Positions 33,668-34,077 of a DNA stretch of 34,077 nt are shown here, one piece after another (position 1 is the first letter of the stretch; the number at the start of each line of letters is the position of its first letter). The stretch comes from Octopus bimaculoides (lineage: Eukaryota). A program made the translations under genes and the position numbers. The notes below the pieces were generated by a model. It ran no database searches, had not been told where the DNA came from, and saw only the letters and a program-made list of their open reading frames with translations. The stretch lies in contig NC_068991.1 of NCBI RefSeq assembly GCF_001194135.2, forward strand, positions 18,511,229-18,545,305, given 5' to 3'.

Positions 33668-33791
33668 GCTTTCTTCACAGTTCGTCTAGAACAGATCAAA
33701 AATTCATTCGGAATGACACACTTATTTAAGAAAACAGTTCCAAAACTTTCCCATGACGGTAATGAAGCTCCTTCACAAGATGAAGCTGAAG
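574..33791 (+). CDS. Spliced gene (7 coding exons, 3'-incomplete) encoding a 3-hydroxyacyl-CoA/3-hydroxybutyryl-CoA dehydrogenase-like NAD-binding domain protein
   Basis: Manual splice: [231 protein letters not shown]. It has GxGxxG, the beta-B Asp, EAIxxDLxMK and GxxFxxP motifs. Introns are 22785, 1200, 1004, 2116, 4232 and 1187 bp; phases after each exon are 1,0,1,0,1,1,1 and all junctions join in frame. Confidence 0.93.
868..1060. repeat. (CTAT)n/(CTGT)n compound microsatellite
   Basis: Direct reading. Confidence 0.9.
1394..1549. mobile_element. 156-bp MITE-like element with 24-bp TIRs enclosing a degenerate (CCCTAA)n array
   Basis: GGCGGAGGTAAAGAATACGCACAC (1394-1417) and GTGTGCGTTTTCTTTACCTTCGCC (1526-1549) are 22/24 inverted; telomere-like array at 1433-1518. 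Confidence 0.7.
1550..1727. repeat. (GAT/GGT)n trinucleotide low-complexity tract
   Basis: Direct reading; source of spurious poly-M/V/D ORFs. Confidence 0.9.
1828..2060 (+). mobile_element. RTE-type LINE 3'-end fragment
   Basis: aaaagcacccagtacactc...ccaacccatgccagcatggaaa...cgttaaatgatgatg; overlaps in sequence with the 3'UTR following the RTE ORF remnant at 16930-17765. Confidence 0.7.
2113..2346 (-). mobile_element. tRNA-derived SINE, family B (Deu/Nin-like core)
   Basis: Reverse complement has the aaggcggcgaaatggcagaa head and the gtcgactttgcctttcatcctttcggggtc core, repeated at more than 10 sites in the window. Confidence 0.8.
2395..2812. repeat. (GAT)n/(GGC/GGT)n low-complexity tract
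   Basis: Direct reading. Confidence 0.9.
2906..2972. repeat. (TTTC)n microsatellite
   Basis: Direct reading. Confidence 0.95.
3822..3915. repeat. (CA)n microsatellite
   Basis: Direct reading. Confidence 0.95.
4285..4540 (+). mobile_element. SINE family D (internal microsatellite, AAAAGAGT-type tail), 5'-truncated
   Basis: gtgagtggatttggtagacggaaactgaaagaagccc...gtccccccaacatcgcttgacaaccgatgctgg...ctccagcatgg; homologous to 16491, 29580 and 33826. Confidence 0.8.
5066..5273 (+). mobile_element. SINE family B
   Basis: gtgagctggcagaatc head, catccctttgggggtcgataaaataagcaccag core. Confidence 0.8.
5642..5978. mobile_element. Fold-back/MITE-like element with ~120-bp imperfect inverted arms and TA-rich ends
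   Basis: aagaagggggcagtcagaattttggataattc...ttcatttaaccaagataata... pairs with ...tattatcttgg...gttaaatgaa...gaattatccaaaaattctgactgcctcctttttctt. Confidence 0.7.
6546..6915 (-). mobile_element. Full-length tRNA-derived SINE, family A
   Basis: Reverse complement has A-box tggcccagtgg and B-box ggtttcgattcc; 14-bp TSD CCTTTTAGTGATAT at 6532-6545 and 6916-6929. Confidence 0.9.
7380..7575. repeat. (AGT/AAC/GCA/GGT)n compound trinucleotide tract
   Basis: Direct reading. Confidence 0.9.
8462..8679 (-). mobile_element. SINE family B
   Basis: gatgaaaggcaaagtcgatcttggtggaatttgaa...gattctgccagctcaccacctt. Confidence 0.8.
9117..9730. repeat. Tandem array of ~140-144-bp units separated by (GTAT)n, spanning a 71-N gap
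   Basis: Unit cat(t/g)ttcagttt...gagaaagagctggtttctaacctagacccaagg...caacatcaac starts at 9133, 9277, 9478 and 9618. Confidence 0.9.
10628..11195. mobile_element. piggyBac-like MITE remnant (CCCTTTAGCATT terminus) interrupted by an RTE 3'-end insertion
   Basis: caaccctttagcattt... at 10630; sequence resumes as aaacaatcacatcatt after the insert. Family call rests on terminus resemblance only; the other terminus is not seen. Confidence 0.45.
10745..11147 (+). mobile_element. RTE-type LINE 3'-end fragment with a 95-bp tandem duplication
   Basis: aagacattcgagc... at 10745 and 10840; ends ccaacccatgctagcatggaaagcggacattaaacga(tga)n. Confidence 0.8.
11765..11905 (-). mobile_element. Degenerate SINE family B
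   Basis: gatgaaagagaaagttgactttggtgagatttgaactt. Confidence 0.6.
12459..12823 (+). mobile_element. SINE family A (5'-truncated) inserted into a minus-strand RTE 3' end
   Basis: 10-bp TSD CATGCTGGTA at 12449-12458 and 12824-12833; gtgccaacaa tail; host RTE tail on both sides (about 12405-12458 and 12824-13040). Confidence 0.85.
13041..13500 (+). mobile_element. mariner transposase remnant and 3' terminus
   Basis: Translates ...[43 protein letters not shown], matching the mariner LG-x-R-x-x-S-A-x-(W/F)VP-x-x-L motif; TIR-like end gtccggatacttattgatcagacc. Confidence 0.8.
14657..14783 (-). mobile_element. RTE-type 3'-end fragment, internally deleted
   Basis: catcatcatcgtttaatgggttggacgatttgactgaggactgg...ctggatgcccttcctaacgccaaccactccga. 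Confidence 0.8.
14935..15079. mobile_element. 145-bp hairpin MITE with TA ends
   Basis: 42-bp inverted arms, 41/42 (14935-14976 vs 15038-15079); internal perfect 30-bp palindrome at 15007-15036. Confidence 0.85.
15610..15760 (-). mobile_element. SINE family D head half
   Basis: ctttcagtttctgtttaccaaatccactcacaaagctttggtc...ggactgaac...ttaaccacacagc. Confidence 0.7.
16491..17955 (-). mobile_element. SINE family D split at its internal microsatellite by an RTE fragment
   Basis: Tail half at 16491-16755 and head half at about 17866-17955, with (TA)n on both sides of the insert. Confidence 0.7.
16930..17765 (+). mobile_element. RTE-clade LINE 3' remnant (degraded ORF end plus 3'UTR)
   Basis: Translates [25 protein letters not shown]...L.WYGHVLCM...[16 protein letters not shown], with in-frame stops and a frameshift; these are RTE post-RT motifs YGSETW, RWYGHV and GRPRKTW. 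Confidence 0.88.
17982..18165 (-). mobile_element. Degenerate SINE family B
   Basis: ttgacctcagtgggctgtaaagcagatttggccttggtggtatttgaactcagaac. Confidence 0.6.
18969..19125 (+). mobile_element. Degenerate SINE family D head
   Basis: ggagtggctgtgtagtaag...ggcaaatgtcttctactgtta. Confidence 0.6.
19577..19852. repeat. (CTGT)n/(CTAT)n microsatellite
   Basis: Direct reading. Confidence 0.95.
20767..21154 (+). mobile_element. Full-length SINE family A with (AAC)n tail
   Basis: 13-bp TSD ATTGCTATAGTGT at 20754-20766 and 21155-21167; tRNA-like A/B boxes. Confidence 0.9.
21308..21635 (+). mobile_element. SINE family A head/core with an alternative 3' tail (A')
   Basis: Same as family A up to ctcttcttcctgttt, then gctgcgatggactggcgtcccgtccag...agaaaccaggaaaccagggcccatgagcctgg. 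Confidence 0.85.
22052..22665 (-). repeat. RTE-3'UTR-derived minisatellite: about seven 66-bp units alternating A/B (132-bp dimer)
   Basis: atggtg(c/g)ttttt unit starts at 22172, 22249, 22315, 22381, 22447, 22513 and 22579. Confidence 0.9.
22895..23250. repeat. (CAT/CAC)n trinucleotide tract
   Basis: Direct reading. Confidence 0.9.
23408..23544 (+). CDS. Coding exon 2 ([13 protein letters not shown]...QKNFL)
   Basis: tcttctttcag| acceptor, CTG|gtaatt donor, contains the VKMYD beta-B strand. Confidence 0.95.
24146..24305 (+). mobile_element. SINE family B
   Basis: ggtgagctggcagaaacgttagc...gtcgactttgcctttcatccttttggggttgataaattaagtaccag. Confidence 0.85.
24745..24850 (+). CDS. Coding exon 3 (GTIYYLS...[21 protein letters not shown])
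   Basis: ttattctttcag| acceptor, CAAA|gtaagt donor, 3HCDH D-x-x-x-EAI-x-D-x-x-x-K motif. Confidence 0.95.
24970..25392 (+). mobile_element. Two tandem SINE family B copies (about 24970-25178 and 25187-25392)
   Basis: Core tttcatcctttt/cggggt...aaataagt occurs twice. Confidence 0.75.
25392..25750 (-). mobile_element. R4/Dong-like RLE non-LTR retrotransposon 3' fragment ending in (TAA)n
   Basis: Minus strand reads [51 protein letters not shown]...[13 protein letters not shown], the K..KY..L / PxVIGALG / QKsALLG C-terminus of R4-clade ORFs; abuts (TAA)n at 25392-25427. Confidence 0.8.
25855..25949 (+). CDS. Coding exon 4 ([18 protein letters not shown]...NKE)
   Basis: ataacttag| acceptor, GAG|gtaaga donor, aligns to the family (A)SNTSSL segment. 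Confidence 0.93.
26310..26490 (+). mobile_element. RTE-type 3'-end fragment
   Basis: gtaaaaagcacccggcacactc...ccatccaacccatgccaaca...gatattaaatg. Confidence 0.75.
26602..27090. mobile_element. Cluster of SINE family B copies (two on minus, one partial on plus)
   Basis: aaaggtgaagttgacctcagcaggatttgaactc (minus); ggggtcaactttgcccttcatcc (plus). Confidence 0.65.
28066..28162 (+). CDS. Coding exon 5 ([20 protein letters not shown]...ETIEK)
   Basis: ttctttcacag| acceptor, AAAG|gtaagg donor, aligns to GxHFFNPV....LVE. Confidence 0.95.
28965..29267 (-). mobile_element. SINE family A' (alternative tail)
   Basis: Reverse-complement homolog of 21308-21635. Confidence 0.85.
29580..30072 (+). mobile_element. 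SINE family D with a MITE inserted in its internal (TA)n
   Basis: Head half ends ...ctgaaagaagc at about 29682; tail half gtgtctgtgtttgtcacccc...aaataaaagaataaaagaata. Confidence 0.8.
29696..29822. mobile_element. Tc1/mariner-type MITE (about 127 bp)
   Basis: Perfect 23-bp TIR AGGGTGTCCACAAAGTCTGGGTA (29697-29719 vs 29799-29821), TA-flanked, CAGGGTG terminus. Confidence 0.88.
30075..30330 (+). mobile_element. Degenerate tRNA-derived SINE (family E-like)
   Basis: gtggctcagtggttaag head; ttgagcaagacacttcatttcac core shared with 15300 and 16445. Confidence 0.6.
31975..32176 (+). mobile_element. Probable Penelope-type terminal repeat fragment abutting (TA)n
   Basis: Pyrimidine-rich block with gttgaagagtgtaggcttgaaacgtcaaag, ending at (TA)n. 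Family assignment is inference. Confidence 0.4.
32395..32493 (+). CDS. Coding exon 6 ([32 protein letters not shown])
   Basis: tttgtatttgacag| acceptor, AAC|gtaatt donor, in frame, xxxMGK end of the NAD-binding domain. Confidence 0.9.
32830..33130 (+). mobile_element. RTE-type 3'-end fragment with duplicated tail and (GAT)n
   Basis: gaagggcatccagctgtagagacc...ccatgccagcatggaaaatggattttaaa(tga)n; the terminus tggaaaatggattttaaatgatg occurs twice. Confidence 0.8.
33185..33620 (+). mobile_element. SINE family B copies; the best-preserved is 33413-33620
   Basis: aaggcggtgagctggcagaatcattagcacgccaggtgaaatgcttagcgg...ggggtcgataaat. Confidence 0.85.
33681..33791 (+). CDS. Coding exon 7 ([10 protein letters not shown]...SQDEAE); gene continues downstream
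   Basis: gctttcttcacag| acceptor, GAAG|gtaagg donor, in frame (C|TT Leu), no stop. Confidence 0.85.
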
Positions 33792-33825
33792 GTAAGGCAC
33801 TGAAGAAGGGATTCTATTTATATAT

Positions 33826-34077
33826 CTACTCTTTTACTCTTTTACTTGTTTCAGTCATTTGACTGTGGCCATGCTGGAGCACCACCTTTAGTCGATCAAA
33901 TCGACCCCAGGACTTATTCTTCGTAAGACTAGTACTTATTCTTCGTAAGACTAGTACTTATTCTTCGTAAGACTAGTACTTATTCTATCGGTCTCTTTTG
34001 CCGAACCGCTAAGTTACGGGGACGTAAACACACAAGCATCGGTTGTCAAGCGATGTTGGGGGGACAAACACAGACAC
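33826..34077 (-). mobile_element. SINE family D tail half (runs off window) with a 22-bp triplication
   Basis: tactcttttacttgtttcagtcatttgactgtggccatgctggagcacc...; ACTTATTCTTCGTAAGACTAGT x3 at 33912-33977. Confidence 0.9.

Overview
Eukaryotic, intron-rich, microsatellite- and retroposon-dense DNA with N gaps. The repeat landscape suggests an octopus draft assembly (inference). One spliced + strand gene, missed by the ORF track, spans almost the whole window: 7 coding exons (574-622, 23408-23544, 24745-24850, 25855-25949, 28066-28162, 32395-32493, 33681-33791), all GT-AG and phase-compatible. They give 231 aa with no stop, so the gene continues past the window. The protein is a 3-hydroxyacyl-CoA dehydrogenase-family NAD-binding domain (3HCDH_N). 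The NAD-binding residues are kept, but the catalytic His is replaced by Arg, the Ser by Leu, and the family C-terminal dimerisation domain is replaced by unrelated sequence. It is therefore a candidate NAD(H)-binding pseudoenzyme fused to a different C-terminal module, possibly a RING finger. The rest is intronic: several tRNA-derived SINE families, RTE-type LINE 3' ends, an R4/Dong-like RLE fragment, a mariner fragment, a hAT-type element, several MITE/fold-back hairpins (one carrying telomeric repeats), minisatellites and microsatellites. Repeat boundaries are approximate unless a TSD or TIR is quoted.
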